Source: Chthoniobacter flavus
GTDB lineage: Bacteria > Verrucomicrobiota > Verrucomicrobiia > Chthoniobacterales > JACTMZ01
Length of the DNA stretch: 64,000 nucleotides
Direction of reading: 5' to 3'
Assembly: GCA_945878135.1 (NCBI GenBank)
Contig: CAMDUL010000012.1
Span: 15,637-79,636 of the forward strand
Below, one piece after another: positions 30,829-40,257 of the stretch. The translations under genes and the position numbers were made by a program. Every line of letters starts with the position of its first letter. Within the stretch, counting starts at the first letter, position 1. The notes below the pieces were generated by a model. That model was given only the letters and a program-made list of their open reading frames with translations, searched no databases and was not told the DNA's origin.

Positions 30829-32241
30829 TCAGCGGCGCTTCGTGGCGGCACGCTTGGCCGGGCGTTTGCCGCCGCGGGTGCGGACCCGTTTTTCCGACTC
30901 GGGGCGGGCGCGCAGCTCGAAAACGAGCGGCAGCCCGGGATACTCGCGCACGCGGCGCAACTGCGCGGCGAGATACGTCTCGTAGGTCGGGGTGAGGAGC
31001 CCGGGCGAATTGACGAAGAGGAGAAATTTCACCGGGGCAAACGGGCGCGGTGCGGATTCCTCGAGCTGCGTGGCGTAGAAAACCTTGAGGCGGCGGGTGC
31101 CGCGCATCGGCGGCGGGTGGAGGGTCATGGCATCGCGGAACACGCGGTTCAGCTCCCCCGTGCCGAGACGCCGCGTGGCATGCTGACGCATTTTTTCCAG
31201 AGTGGTGCCGAGACGCTTCAAATTGTCGCCGGTCTTGGCCGAGAGGAGGACAAGCGGCGCATACGGCAGGAAGAACAGCTGCGACTGCCAGGCGGCGAGC
31301 TGCTCCTTCAGGGCTTCCCGGCGGGTGGAGTCCGCGTCGAGGAGGTCGGCTTTGTTCACCGCGACGACCACCGCCTTGCGCGACTTTTGGATGAGCCCGG
31401 CAATGCGTTTGTCCTGCTCGGTCACGCCGGCCTGCGCGTCGATGACCAGCACGCAGACATCCGCCATGCGGATCGCTTCTTCCGAGCGCATCACGCTGAA
31501 CACCTCCACCGACGTGTTGTGTTTCGAGCGATGCCGAATCCCCGCGGTATCGAGGAGCAGGTAAGCGTGGCCGCCGAGTTCGCAGGGCAACTCCAAGGCA
31601 TCGCGCGTGGTGCCGGCAATGTCGCTGACGATGGCGCGGGCACTGCCGAGGAGGGCGTTGGTCAGGGATGATTTGCCGACGTTGGGACGACCGATGATGA
31701 CGATACGCGGCGGGATCCTGGTTTCGGGAAGGGCGGCCTCCGGTTCCCCGGCCCCGAAGGCACCGGCCACGGCGGCCAGCAAATCGCCCGTGCCGCGCCC
31801 GTGCGCCGCGCTGACCCCGACAACAACCGGAAACCCCAGCTGCAAAAATTCCGCCTCCAGATCGTCGTGCTTGAGGTCGTCAAGCTTGTTGACCACGAGA
31901 ACAACCGGGCGCGAAGCGCGGCGGAGTTTGGCCGCGAGTTCGGTATCAAGCGGCAGGAGTCCGTCCTTGGCATCGACGACGAAAAGCACGACATCCGCGT
32001 CCGCCACGGCGTCATCGGCCGCCCGGTGCGTGGCCTCGGCGAAGTCCGGATCCGGCGAAGCCCCGATGCCGCCGGTATCGACGATGCCGAAGGGAGCGTC
32101 GCCCAGCTTGCAAACCGCTTCGATCCGGTCGCGTGTCACGCCGGCCTGGTCGTGCACGATGGAGATGCGCCGTCCCGCGAGACGGTTGAAGAGGGCGGAT
32201 TTCCCGACATTCGGGCGCCCGACGAGGACGGCCTTTTTCAT
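30829..32241 (-). CDS. der: ribosome-biogenesis GTPase Der (EngA), with a basic C-terminal tail
   Basis: Start [19 protein letters not shown]. Second G domain [18 protein letters not shown]-like C-terminus, then [27 protein letters not shown]. The ORF N-terminal extension to 32529 is unsupported. Confidence 0.9.
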   Translation of the reverse strand: MKKAVLVGRPNVGKSALFNRLAGRRISIVHDQAGVTRDRIEAVCKLGDAPFGIVDTGGIGASPDPDFAEATHRAADDAVADADVVLFVVDAKDGLLPLDTELAAKLRRASRPVVLVVNKLDDLKHDDLEAEFLQLGFPVVVGVSAAHGRGTGDLLAAVAGAFGAGEPEAALPETRIPPRIVIIGRPNVGKSSLTNALLGSARAIVSDIAGTTRDALELPCELGGHAYLLLDTAGIRHRSKHNTSVEVFSVMRSEEAIRMADVCVLVIDAQAGVTEQDKRIAGLIQKSRKAVVVAVNKADLLDADSTRREALKEQLAAWQSQLFFLPYAPLVLLSAKTGDNLKRLGTTLEKMRQHATRRLGTGELNRVFRDAMTLHPPPMRGTRRLKVFYATQLEESAPRPFAPVKFLLFVNSPGLLTPTYETYLAAQLRRVREYPGLPLVFELRARPESEKRVRTRGGKRPAKRAATKRR

Positions 32242-32807
32242 TCCGCTTTGGCCGCGCCTCCCATCGCGTTGATGCCGCGCCAAGTGTAGCCGATGCCACT
32301 GAGCAGGGTGAAAAGCCCGGCCAGCCAGACGACCCACTTTTGATCCGGAATCTGCAGCAAGACCCAGGCCACCGCCGCCATCTGCAGGGCGGTGGCGATT
32401 TTGCCGAGGATGCTCGGGCGAACCTCCACGTTGCCGGTGAAAAATTTCAGCAGCCCGCAACCGACAAGGATGACCACGTCGCGCGCGATGACCAAGATGG
32501 GAAACCAAAGCGGCAGGCTGACCGGCCAAGGGTAAAGACTCAGCGTGATGATGGCGGTGAGGAGGAGGCCTTTGTCCGCGATCGGATCGAGCACGACCCC
32601 CAGCGCGCTGCGCTGGTTGAAACGCCGCGCGATCCAGCCATCGAGTCCGTCACTCGCCGCGGCGATGACAAAAGCGGCCACCGCGCACCAACGCAGCCAC
32701 TCCTCCGGTGCGCCGTCGCGCCCGCTCGCCGAGTAGTAAACCGCGAAGGCGACAAACACCGGAATGAGCAGGATGCGCACCAGCGTGATTTGATTGGCTA
32801 CCGTCAT
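32238..32807 (-). CDS. pgsA: CDP-alcohol phosphatidyltransferase (PgsA-like)
   Basis: Start [16 protein letters not shown]. Motif [31 protein letters not shown] overlap with der. Confidence 0.85.
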   Translation of the reverse strand: MTVANQITLVRILLIPVFVAFAVYYSASGRDGAPEEWLRWCAVAAFVIAAASDGLDGWIARRFNQRSALGVVLDPIADKGLLLTAIITLSLYPWPVSLPLWFPILVIARDVVILVGCGLLKFFTGNVEVRPSILGKIATALQMAAVAWVLLQIPDQKWVVWLAGLFTLLSGIGYTWRGINAMGGAAKAE

Positions 32808-32896
32808 CGAGGCGGAGCGTGACGCTCGCGCCCTCGGCAGGCAACAGATTCTTCCTGCATTTTCCTCCGGCCGCAGGCAGGATCCTGCTTCGTGCA

Positions 32897-33565
32897 ATGA
32901 ATGCCCCCCTGCTCCGTTGCCGAGACCTGCAATGCCTGCGCCCTCTCTGGCGCGAAGGCGCCTCGCAGGTCAAAGACGTGAGCACGGAATTCACGGCCGG
33001 CTGCTTCCACGCCATCTGCGGAGCCGAGGGCTGCGGAAAAAACCTGCTGCTCCACCTGCTCGGGCTGCTCGAACAACCGGATGCGGGCGAAGTCTGGCTT
33101 GGCGACGTCCGCGCATCCGCCCTGCCACCGGCCGAGCGCGACATCGTGCGCCTGAGGAATTTCGGTTTCCTTTTCCCCACCTGCGCCTTGCTGCCTTCGC
33201 TCACCGTGCTGGAAAACATCGCTTTTCCCGTGCTCAAAGCCGGCGGCACGACCGAAAGCGAACAGGCGGAGCAGACCTTGGCGGCGTTGCAATTTTGCGG
33301 ACTGGAAGCACTGGCCGCGCATCCGGTGTCAACCCTCGCGCCGGCAAGCCAGGCGGTCGTCGCCTTCGCCCGCGCCATCATTCACCGGCCGCAGGTTTTG
33401 CTCGCCGAATCGCCGGCCGCCGAGGAAATCCTCGTTCCCCTCGCCCGCCGCGCGGTCGACGATTTCGGTCTCACCGTGGTCTGGGGCGCGCGACAGGACG
33501 GACCCGCCATGCGGGCCGCGGACCGCGTGCTCGGCATGTCCGGGGGCAGACTCGATGCGGCATGA
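32897..33565 (+). CDS. ABC-ATPase-fold protein with degenerate catalytic motifs (probable pseudo-ATPase)
   Basis: Start MNAPLLRCRDL. Walker A GAEGCGKN (S/T replaced by N). Q-loop Gln absent (FGFLFPTCALLPSLTVLENI). Signature LSGGQ replaced by LAPAS. Walker B VLLAESP (Asp replaced by Ser). H-loop His absent (VVWGA). Confidence 0.6.
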   Translation: MNAPLLRCRDLQCLRPLWREGASQVKDVSTEFTAGCFHAICGAEGCGKNLLLHLLGLLEQPDAGEVWLGDVRASALPPAERDIVRLRNFGFLFPTCALLPSLTVLENIAFPVLKAGGTTESEQAEQTLAALQFCGLEALAAHPVSTLAPASQAVVAFARAIIHRPQVLLAESPAAEEILVPLARRAVDDFGLTVVWGARQDGPAMRAADRVLGMSGGRLDAA

Positions 33566-34392
33566 ACCGTCTGCTTCCGCCCGCCCGCCTCGAGGCCGCG
33601 GCCATCGTACGCACCGGCAAGTCGAGCTTTGCGCCGGCCTTCCGGTTGCTGGCCGCCGATCGTCGCGCGGATCTCGAGACGTTCTACGCATTTTGCCGAG
33701 CGGCCGATGACATTGCCGACGCGGAAGGCCATGAGGCAACCGACCGCTACGCCGCACTCGAGGCGTGGCGGACGGCCTTCCGTGATCCCGGTTTGCAGGG
33801 CATACCAGACAGCCTGCGCGATCTTGTGGTGCGACGCGGCTTGGACCGCAGTTTGTTCCTCGAACTGCTCGACGGAACGGCGACCGACTTGGCTGCACCG
33901 GTGCGCATGGCCACGCGCGCCGATCTGGACCTTTACTGCCACCGCGTGGCCGGCACGGTCGGACAGCTTTGCCTGCCGATTTTCGGGGCAAACCCCGGTC
34001 GCTCCAGTGCCTACGCCGAAACCCTTGGACGCGCCTTGCAATACACCAACATCCTTCGCGACACGAAACCGGACCTGGCGCGCGGACGGATCTACTACCC
34101 GTTGGACGAGCTGTTGGCCGCGGGGGTCGCCTCTTTCCCGGATGATGCGCACGACTACTTGCGCTCGTTTGCCGGGAAGACGGACACGCTGTTCGACCAG
34201 GCCGCAGCCTTGTCGCCGGGCGAAGACGCCAGGGCACTGCGTCCGGCACGCGTCATGGCATCAATCTACCGGTCTCTGCTCCGCAAAATGCGGCGTGACG
34301 GGTTGAAGGTGACCGAAAAGCACTACCGCCTGTCGGCGCCGGAGAAGATGATCGCGATCGCCCGCGCGCTCGTCCGGCAAACTGCTCAATAG
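33562..34392 (+). CDS. squalene/phytoene synthase family protein (HpnD/CrtB-like)
   Basis: ATGA overlap with the upstream gene. FYAFCRAADDIAD (first Asp-rich motif), YCHRVAGTVG, NILRDTKPDLARGRIYYP (second motif). Confidence 0.85.
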   Translation: MNRLLPPARLEAAAIVRTGKSSFAPAFRLLAADRRADLETFYAFCRAADDIADAEGHEATDRYAALEAWRTAFRDPGLQGIPDSLRDLVVRRGLDRSLFLELLDGTATDLAAPVRMATRADLDLYCHRVAGTVGQLCLPIFGANPGRSSAYAETLGRALQYTNILRDTKPDLARGRIYYPLDELLAAGVASFPDDAHDYLRSFAGKTDTLFDQAAALSPGEDARALRPARVMASIYRSLLRKMRRDGLKVTEKHYRLSAPEKMIAIARALVRQTAQ

Positions 34393-35534
34393 CCCGCTTT
34401 CTTCAGCATGGAGGAGACACCTTTGGTGTTGTTGACCATGTTCGCCATGCGGAAAAAGACATGTCCGGACGGTCCGCTGCCCACCGTGCGCGACAAACCG
34501 ACTTGCTTCACGATTTCCTGCGCCGGCCAACCTTGCTCGCTCATGCGGTAGGCGGCGATGCCCGGATAGACCGGCACGCGGCGCGGGTTGACCGCCGGGC
34601 TGCGCCACCACTCGAGCAATTCGGTGAAACACTGGTCGGACTGGTCCTTCCAGTAAAGTTGCGGGGCAATGTAGTCGACCCAACCGCTGCGCATCCATTT
34701 GAGCGGATCGGCGTAGATCTCGTTGAGCTGGTCGAGCCCGGCTTTGACCGTGGACGGCTGCCCCTTCGTGTAAATGCCGAACGGACTGACCCCGAAAACA
34801 ATCCCGGGCCGCGCTTCCTTTGCGGCCTGCGAGGAACGCGCGATCAAACGGTTCACATTGTCGCGCCGCCAATCACCGACCGGAAGCGTACCCCCGCCCG
34901 CGCGGTAGCGTTCGTAGGTCTTGCCATCGGGCAATCTTCCGACGGACGGATAGGGATAGAAGTAATCGTCGAAATGAATCCCCGCCACGTCGTAGCGCCG
35001 GGCCACGTCGGCCACCACTTTGACCACGTGGTCCTGCACTTCGCGCGAACCGGGATCCATGCAGACGACGGAGCCGACTTTGTAGGCGTAGGGACTGTAG
35101 CGCCGGGCCATATGGTTCGAGGCGAGCGGCGCACCGGCTTTGACCGAGGCGCGATACGGATTGAACCACGCATGCACGCGGATACCGCGTTTGCCGGCCT
35201 CGCTGATGCAGAAGGCGAGCGGATCATATCCGGGGTCTTTGCCCTGTGTGCCGGTGAGGAAACGGCTCCACGGTTCGAGCGACGAGCGGTAAAGCGCATC
35301 GCCTTCCGGGCGGACTTGGAAAAAAACATCGGTCAGCCCGAGTGACTTGGCCGAGTCGAGCATGCGGACGAGTTCCGCTTTCTGCTGGGCGGCGGGCAGT
35401 CCTTTTTTCGAAGGCCAATCGAGGTTGTGCACCGAGGAAATCCAAGCGCCGCGAAACTCGGCCTGCGCGGACACGGCCAGCGCCAGCACGATAAGAAAAA
35501 CACTAAGCCACGATTTCGGTGCCGACGCCTTCAT
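34386..35534 (-). CDS. family-10-like glycosyl hydrolase (GHL10/DUF187, YngK-like), secreted
   Basis: Signal peptide MKASAPKSWLSVFLIVLALAVSAQA. FRGAWISSVHNLDWPS...VFFQVRPEGDALY...EPWS...GIRVHAWFNPYR. The start overlaps the argB 3' end by ~32 nt, so it is uncertain. Confidence 0.7.
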   Translation of the reverse strand: MKASAPKSWLSVFLIVLALAVSAQAEFRGAWISSVHNLDWPSKKGLPAAQQKAELVRMLDSAKSLGLTDVFFQVRPEGDALYRSSLEPWSRFLTGTQGKDPGYDPLAFCISEAGKRGIRVHAWFNPYRASVKAGAPLASNHMARRYSPYAYKVGSVVCMDPGSREVQDHVVKVVADVARRYDVAGIHFDDYFYPYPSVGRLPDGKTYERYRAGGGTLPVGDWRRDNVNRLIARSSQAAKEARPGIVFGVSPFGIYTKGQPSTVKAGLDQLNEIYADPLKWMRSGWVDYIAPQLYWKDQSDQCFTELLEWWRSPAVNPRRVPVYPGIAAYRMSEQGWPAQEIVKQVGLSRTVGSGPSGHVFFRMANMVNNTKGVSSMLKKAGY

Positions 35535-36381
35535 TGGTGAATATTTCCAACAACAAAGCATGCGGCAGGCGTCCGTCAATCATATGCGTCTTCCCCACCC
35601 CGTTGCGCAAAGCCGCAATGGCACCGTGGACTTTCGGAATCATGCCGCCCTCGAGCACTTTTTGCCGGATGAGCGCGTCAACTTGATCGGCCCGCACGGT
35701 GGGCACGAGCGACCCGGGATCCTCTCGGTCGCGCATGATGCCCGGCACATCGCTGAGGAAAATCAATTTGGCCGCACGCAGCGCGCCCGCGATGGCCGCG
35801 GCTGCTTCGTCCGCGTTGATATTGTAGGTGCAGCCGTCACTCCCTTGCGCCACGGGTGAAACGACCGGCACACGTTCTTCCTGCAAAGTTTCTTCCAATG
35901 CCGCCTTCTCGACCCCGGTGACCCGGCCGACAAAGCCGATATCTTCCGTGCCGCCCTTGCCATCGTCGACCGGAGGCAGTTTTTCCGCCCGCAGGACATC
36001 GCGTCCGGAAAACCCGCGCGCCCGCCCCCCGAATTCGCCGATCGTTTCGACCAGACGCGGATTGACCTCGCGATCGAGGACATCCTCCACGATGCGGACG
36101 GACGCCTCGTCGGTCACGCGGAGGCCGTTGAGGAAACGCGCGGTGAGTCCGGCCTCGCGCATGCGTGCGCTGATCGCCTTGCCGCCGCCGTGGACGAGAA
36201 CCGGATTGATTCCCACCGCCTCGAGGAAGACGACATCGCGGAGCAAACGCTCGACCGCCTCGTCGCTTTCCATCGCGCTGCCGCCGTATTTGATGACGAA
36301 AGTCTGTCCGCGGAATTTCTGCAGGTAGGGCAGCGCCTCGATCAGCGTTCCCGCGCGGAGACTGGCATCGGTCAGACTCAT
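35503..36381 (-). CDS. argB: acetylglutamate kinase
   Basis: LPYLQKFRGQTFVIKYGGSAM...NPVLVHGGGKAI...GFVGRV...INADEAAAAIA. Confidence 0.95.
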   Translation of the reverse strand: MSLTDASLRAGTLIEALPYLQKFRGQTFVIKYGGSAMESDEAVERLLRDVVFLEAVGINPVLVHGGGKAISARMREAGLTARFLNGLRVTDEASVRIVEDVLDREVNPRLVETIGEFGGRARGFSGRDVLRAEKLPPVDDGKGGTEDIGFVGRVTGVEKAALEETLQEERVPVVSPVAQGSDGCTYNINADEAAAAIAGALRAAKLIFLSDVPGIMRDREDPGSLVPTVRADQVDALIRQKVLEGGMIPKVHGAIAALRNGVGKTHMIDGRLPHALLLEIFTNEGVGTEIVA

Positions 36382-36382
36382 A

Positions 36383-37594
36383 CTACTCGCTCAAGTTGAG
36401 TCTTACGTATTTCTCGGTCAGATCCGTGGTATAGACCGTGTAGGAGGATTTGCCCTGGTGCAAGTCGAGGGTGACGGTGAATTTGTCCGGGCTGACGGCG
36501 GCGACGAGCTTCTCTTTCGGGGTCGGCGCGGCAGTCCCTCCGCGCACCGCGGCCACTCCGTCGTAGTAGATGTCGACCAGTTCCTCCCGGAGGCGCACGC
36601 CGCAATAGCCGGCGGCATCGAGGATACGGCCCCAATTCGGGTCGTTGCCCGCCCACGCGCATTTGACCAGCGTGGAATTGGCCACGGCCTCGGCCACTTT
36701 GCGGGCCGCCTGGAAACTCGAGGCCCCGAGCACTTGCACGGTGACGAATTTCGAGACCCCTTCGCCGTCGCGCACGATCATGTGGGCGAGCTTCAGGCAC
36801 ACTTCGTTGAGCGCTTCGCTGAACAGTGCCAGATCGGGCGTTCCGCTCTTGATCGAAGCGCCGCCCGCGGCGCCATTGGCCAGAACCAGCATCGTGTCAT
36901 TGGTGCTCATGTCTCCGTCGACCGTGATGCGGTTGAAGGTCCGCTCGGCCGCCTGATGCAGCGCGTTTTGCAATGTGCCTTTGGAAATTTTCGCGTCCGT
37001 GGTGACCACGCAAAGCATCGTCGCCATGTTCGGGTTGATCATGCCCGCCCCCTTGGCCATGCCGCCGATGCGGAACGTCCCGCCCGGCGCGCGGACCTCG
37101 ACAGCGTATTCCTTGGCGAAGCTGTCGCTCGTCATGATCGCCCGGGCGGCAGCCGAACCTCCTTTGGCCGAAAGCCGCGCGGCGAGGTCGGGGAGCTTTT
37201 CTTTCATTTTCTCCACGGGCAGAGGGACGCCGATGCGTCCGGTCGAGCAAACAAGGATCTGCCCGGTCGCGCAGCCGAGCACCTCCGCCGCCCCGGAGGC
37301 CAGCGCTTTGGACGCCGAGATGCCGCAGGGTCCGGTGCAGGCGTTCGCATTGCCGCTGTTGAGCAAAACCGCACGGGCGGTTTTTGCTTTGAGATGCGCT
37401 TTGGACACCCGCACGGGCGCGGCCTTCACCCGGTTCGTGGTGAAAACACCCGCAGCGGCCGCGGGAACTTCCGAAGCGACCAGCGCCATGTCCTCGCGCC
37501 TCTTGTTCGCCGCCTTGATCCCGGCGAACACCGCGCCGGCGAGGAAGCCCTTGGCCGCCGTGACGCCGCCTTTGACCGTTTTGATCTTGCTCAT
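36383..37594 (-). CDS. argJ: bifunctional glutamate N-acetyltransferase / amino-acid acetyltransferase
   Basis: Start MSKIKTVKGGVTAAKGF. Autoprocessing site ATMLCVVTTDA, then TVDGDMSTNDT. Confidence 0.95.
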   Translation of the reverse strand: MSKIKTVKGGVTAAKGFLAGAVFAGIKAANKRREDMALVASEVPAAAAGVFTTNRVKAAPVRVSKAHLKAKTARAVLLNSGNANACTGPCGISASKALASGAAEVLGCATGQILVCSTGRIGVPLPVEKMKEKLPDLAARLSAKGGSAAARAIMTSDSFAKEYAVEVRAPGGTFRIGGMAKGAGMINPNMATMLCVVTTDAKISKGTLQNALHQAAERTFNRITVDGDMSTNDTMLVLANGAAGGASIKSGTPDLALFSEALNEVCLKLAHMIVRDGEGVSKFVTVQVLGASSFQAARKVAEAVANSTLVKCAWAGNDPNWGRILDAAGYCGVRLREELVDIYYDGVAAVRGGTAAPTPKEKLVAAVSPDKFTVTLDLHQGKSSYTVYTTDLTEKYVRLNLSE

Positions 37595-38625
37595 GCCAAT
37601 CCTGTTGTCTCCTCCCACTCCTGCGAGATATTGAAAGCTTGAACCGCTTGCGCAGCCGCACCTTTACCGAGGTTGTCGAGGGCGCTGAAAAGCAGCAAAC
37701 GACCGGTCCGCTTGTCTTCACGCACCGCGATATCGACGAAGTTGGTGTCCGTGACGTGTTTCGAGTCGGGCAGATGGGTCACGACCCGCACGAACGGGCT
37801 TCCCCCGTAAGCCTCGCGCCACGCGGCCTCGACCGTTCCGGCACCGGTGCCTTCGGCCGGACGGACCACGATGGTGGAAATCATACCCCGCGTGACCGGC
37901 ACCAAGTGCGGCGTGAAAGTGACCGCAACCGTCTCCCCGGCAGCCGCGGAAAGTTCCTGCTCGATTTCGGAAAGATGCCGGTGCTTCGGCGCTCCGTAGG
38001 CCCGCAAGCTCTCGTTGCACTCGGCGTAAAGCAGCGGCACGTCGGCTTTCCGTCCGGCCCCGCTCACCCCGCTCAGACTGTTGATCACAATGGAGTCGGA
38101 CCGGACCAGTTTCCGCCGCAGCAAGGGCACAAGGGGAACAAGGATGCTCGTCGGGTAGCATCCGGGACAGGCGAGCAAGCCAGCGCCCTTGAGCGCGCTC
38201 CCTCCGCAGATTTCCGGCAAAGCGTACACCGATTCGGCCAGCAACTCCGGCGCCGGATGCCGCTCGCCGTAGAATTCCGCGAAAACCTCCGCCGACTTCA
38301 GCCGGAAGTCGGCGCTCAGATCGACAACCTGCACGCCCGCCTTCCGCAAAGGCGCGGCGAACTCCGCGGCAAGCCCGTGCGGAAGCGCGAGAAAAACCGT
38401 CGTCGCCCCGGATTTCATCAGCGCGTCGACCGAAGGTTCGACAAATTTCATCCCGGCGATCGCCGATCCGGCCATCCGCGGGAAAACGTCCGCCACGGTC
38501 CGCCCCGCCGATTGCCGCGAGGTCACCGCCACGATCTCCACCCGGGGATGCCGCGCAAGCAAAGCGACCAGTTCCTCACCCGAGTAACCGCTCGCGCCGA
38601 CAATGGCTGCTTTCACCGTTTGCAT
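37591..38625 (-). CDS. argC: N-acetyl-gamma-glutamyl-phosphate reductase
   Basis: VKAAIVGASGYSGEELV...active-site PGCYPTS...LDNLGKGAAAQAVQ. ATGA overlap with argJ. Confidence 0.95.
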   Translation of the reverse strand: MQTVKAAIVGASGYSGEELVALLARHPRVEIVAVTSRQSAGRTVADVFPRMAGSAIAGMKFVEPSVDALMKSGATTVFLALPHGLAAEFAAPLRKAGVQVVDLSADFRLKSAEVFAEFYGERHPAPELLAESVYALPEICGGSALKGAGLLACPGCYPTSILVPLVPLLRRKLVRSDSIVINSLSGVSGAGRKADVPLLYAECNESLRAYGAPKHRHLSEIEQELSAAAGETVAVTFTPHLVPVTRGMISTIVVRPAEGTGAGTVEAAWREAYGGSPFVRVVTHLPDSKHVTDTNFVDIAVREDKRTGRLLLFSALDNLGKGAAAQAVQAFNISQEWEETTGLA

Positions 38626-38671
38626 CCGGACCTTCTAGCGCTTCCCGCCCCGCAAGGAAACGCGCAAAAAA

Positions 38672-39526
38672 TCAGAGCTGGCTGTAAGGAATCTCGAAGG
38701 CGTTGCCTTCGGACAACCGCCCGCTGCGGAAGCCCTTCATGAACCACCGACGCCGCTGTTCCGCCGTCCCGTGGGTGAAGGAATCGGGGACCACATAGCC
38801 ACGGGTCGATTTCTGGAGACGGTCGTCCCCCACCGTCTCGGCCGCGTTGATCGCCTCCTCGATATCCCCCTCCTCGAGCATGTTGTAGCGCTGCTGCGCA
38901 TGGTGCGCCCAGACGCCCGCGAGAAAGTCGGCCTGCAATTCCAGCCGGACCGACATCTGGTTGCGCTGCGCTTCGGACATCCGGCGCCCGTGCACCAGAT
39001 CGGTCAGCCCGAGCAAATGCTGCACATGGTGCCCGACCTCGTGTGCTATGACATAAGCCGCGGCAAAATCCCCGTGCATCCCGAATTGCCGCTGCATCTG
39101 CTCGAAAAACGAGAAATCCAGGTAGACCGTCTGGTCGGCCGGCAAATAAAACGGACCGGTCGCCCCTTGCGCCATCCCGCCGGGCACCTGCGTCACCCCG
39201 GAATAAAGAACCAAGCGCGGCGGAACGTAGCGTTTGCCCGATTTGGCGAAGGCCTCCGTCCACACATCCTCCGTATCGGCCAGCACGGTGGCGACAAACT
39301 TGCGGATGTTATCGTCCGGAGCCGGCTTCCCCTGCTGTTGCGGCGCGGAAACCTGCTGGTCCATGCCCAGGTCCTGAATGAGTCGCAACGGATCCGCCCC
39401 GGTGAACAAAGCAAAGGCCAGCACCAAGATCAGCCCAAGCCCGCCGCCGACCATAGTCCGCCCGGCCGGGCTCATCCCCCGCCGATCCTCGACATGTTCG
39501 CTCTGCCGTCTGCCTTCCCAACGCAT
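38672..39526 (-). CDS. ypfJ: YpfJ-family neutral zinc metallopeptidase
   Basis: MRWEGRRQSEHVEDRR..., GPFYLPADQTVYLDFSFF, and HExxH in VIAHEVGHHVQ. Close to my recollection of E. coli YpfJ. Confidence 0.88.
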   Translation of the reverse strand: MRWEGRRQSEHVEDRRGMSPAGRTMVGGGLGLILVLAFALFTGADPLRLIQDLGMDQQVSAPQQQGKPAPDDNIRKFVATVLADTEDVWTEAFAKSGKRYVPPRLVLYSGVTQVPGGMAQGATGPFYLPADQTVYLDFSFFEQMQRQFGMHGDFAAAYVIAHEVGHHVQHLLGLTDLVHGRRMSEAQRNQMSVRLELQADFLAGVWAHHAQQRYNMLEEGDIEEAINAAETVGDDRLQKSTRGYVVPDSFTHGTAEQRRRWFMKGFRSGRLSEGNAFEIPYSQL

Positions 39527-39636
39527 ATCCGCCGGAATAATGCCGATGCCGCGTCATCGCAAGCGCGGGGGCGCGAAAAAAATTCCGCTATTTACAGCAC
39601 ACCGGACTTCCCTCCGCCCTCCCGGCATCACAAACT

Positions 39637-40236
39637 TTGCCTCCCATGAACTTCTTCGACGTCCTCGTTTCCTCCATGCAAGACCCGCAAGCCGGCACGC
39701 AGAAAGCCGACCTTGAAGGTCTCCTCGGTGCCTTGCTCGGCGGCGCGCCCGCTGCGCCCCAGTCATCCGCCCGCCAAATTCCGCCCGAAGCGGCCGAAGG
39801 CCTCGCCGGCACGGTCGGCCGCGTGCTCAAACCCGCCCTGCGCGAGGCCGGACAACAAGGGGGCATCGAAGGCATCGACGCCCTGCTCGGTTCGCTCAAG
39901 CAAAACGCCAACTCCCCGCAAGCGCTTGAGCGCACGCTCGGACGAGAGCGCATGGACCAGATGGTCACGCAGGCCCAGCAGAAGAGCGGACTCCCCGTCG
40001 ACGCCATCATGAGCATGTTGCCGGTCATCATTCCCGCGTTGGTCGGACTGCTCCAATCCGGCGCGCGCGCCGGCGCCGCGCCGTCCGCCCCGTCCGCGCG
40101 AACCGGCGCCACGGCCGATGATCCGTTCGCCGCGCTCGCCTCGAATCCGCTGCTCAAGGGTTTCCTTGATTCCGACGGCGACGGCGATGTCGACATGCAG
40201 GATCTGGTCCGCCTCGGCTCGAAATTTTTGCAATAG
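39637..40236 (+). CDS. DUF937-like protein with C-terminal EF-hand-like calcium loop
   Basis: MNFFDVL..., Gly/Ala-rich central part, C-terminal FLDSDGDGDVDMQDLVRLGSKFL. Alternative start 39646. Confidence 0.5.
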   Translation: MPPMNFFDVLVSSMQDPQAGTQKADLEGLLGALLGGAPAAPQSSARQIPPEAAEGLAGTVGRVLKPALREAGQQGGIEGIDALLGSLKQNANSPQALERTLGRERMDQMVTQAQQKSGLPVDAIMSMLPVIIPALVGLLQSGARAGAAPSAPSARTGATADDPFAALASNPLLKGFLDSDGDGDVDMQDLVRLGSKFLQ

Positions 40237-40257
40237 CGCCCGCCTCGCGGACGGCGC

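Noticed and set aside
30829-32529. N-terminal extensions offered by the ORF track. Examples: der to 32529, pgsA to 32897, rsmE to 62801, phr to 63952, GH17 from 16171, ATPase from 1835, permease from 8, bioD to 61651, PEP-CTERM gene to 21013.
   Set aside because: In each case the canonical family N-terminus or a signal peptide begins at an internal ATG/GTG. The upstream part is Arg/Pro-rich and overlaps the neighbouring gene, so the shorter coordinates were used.
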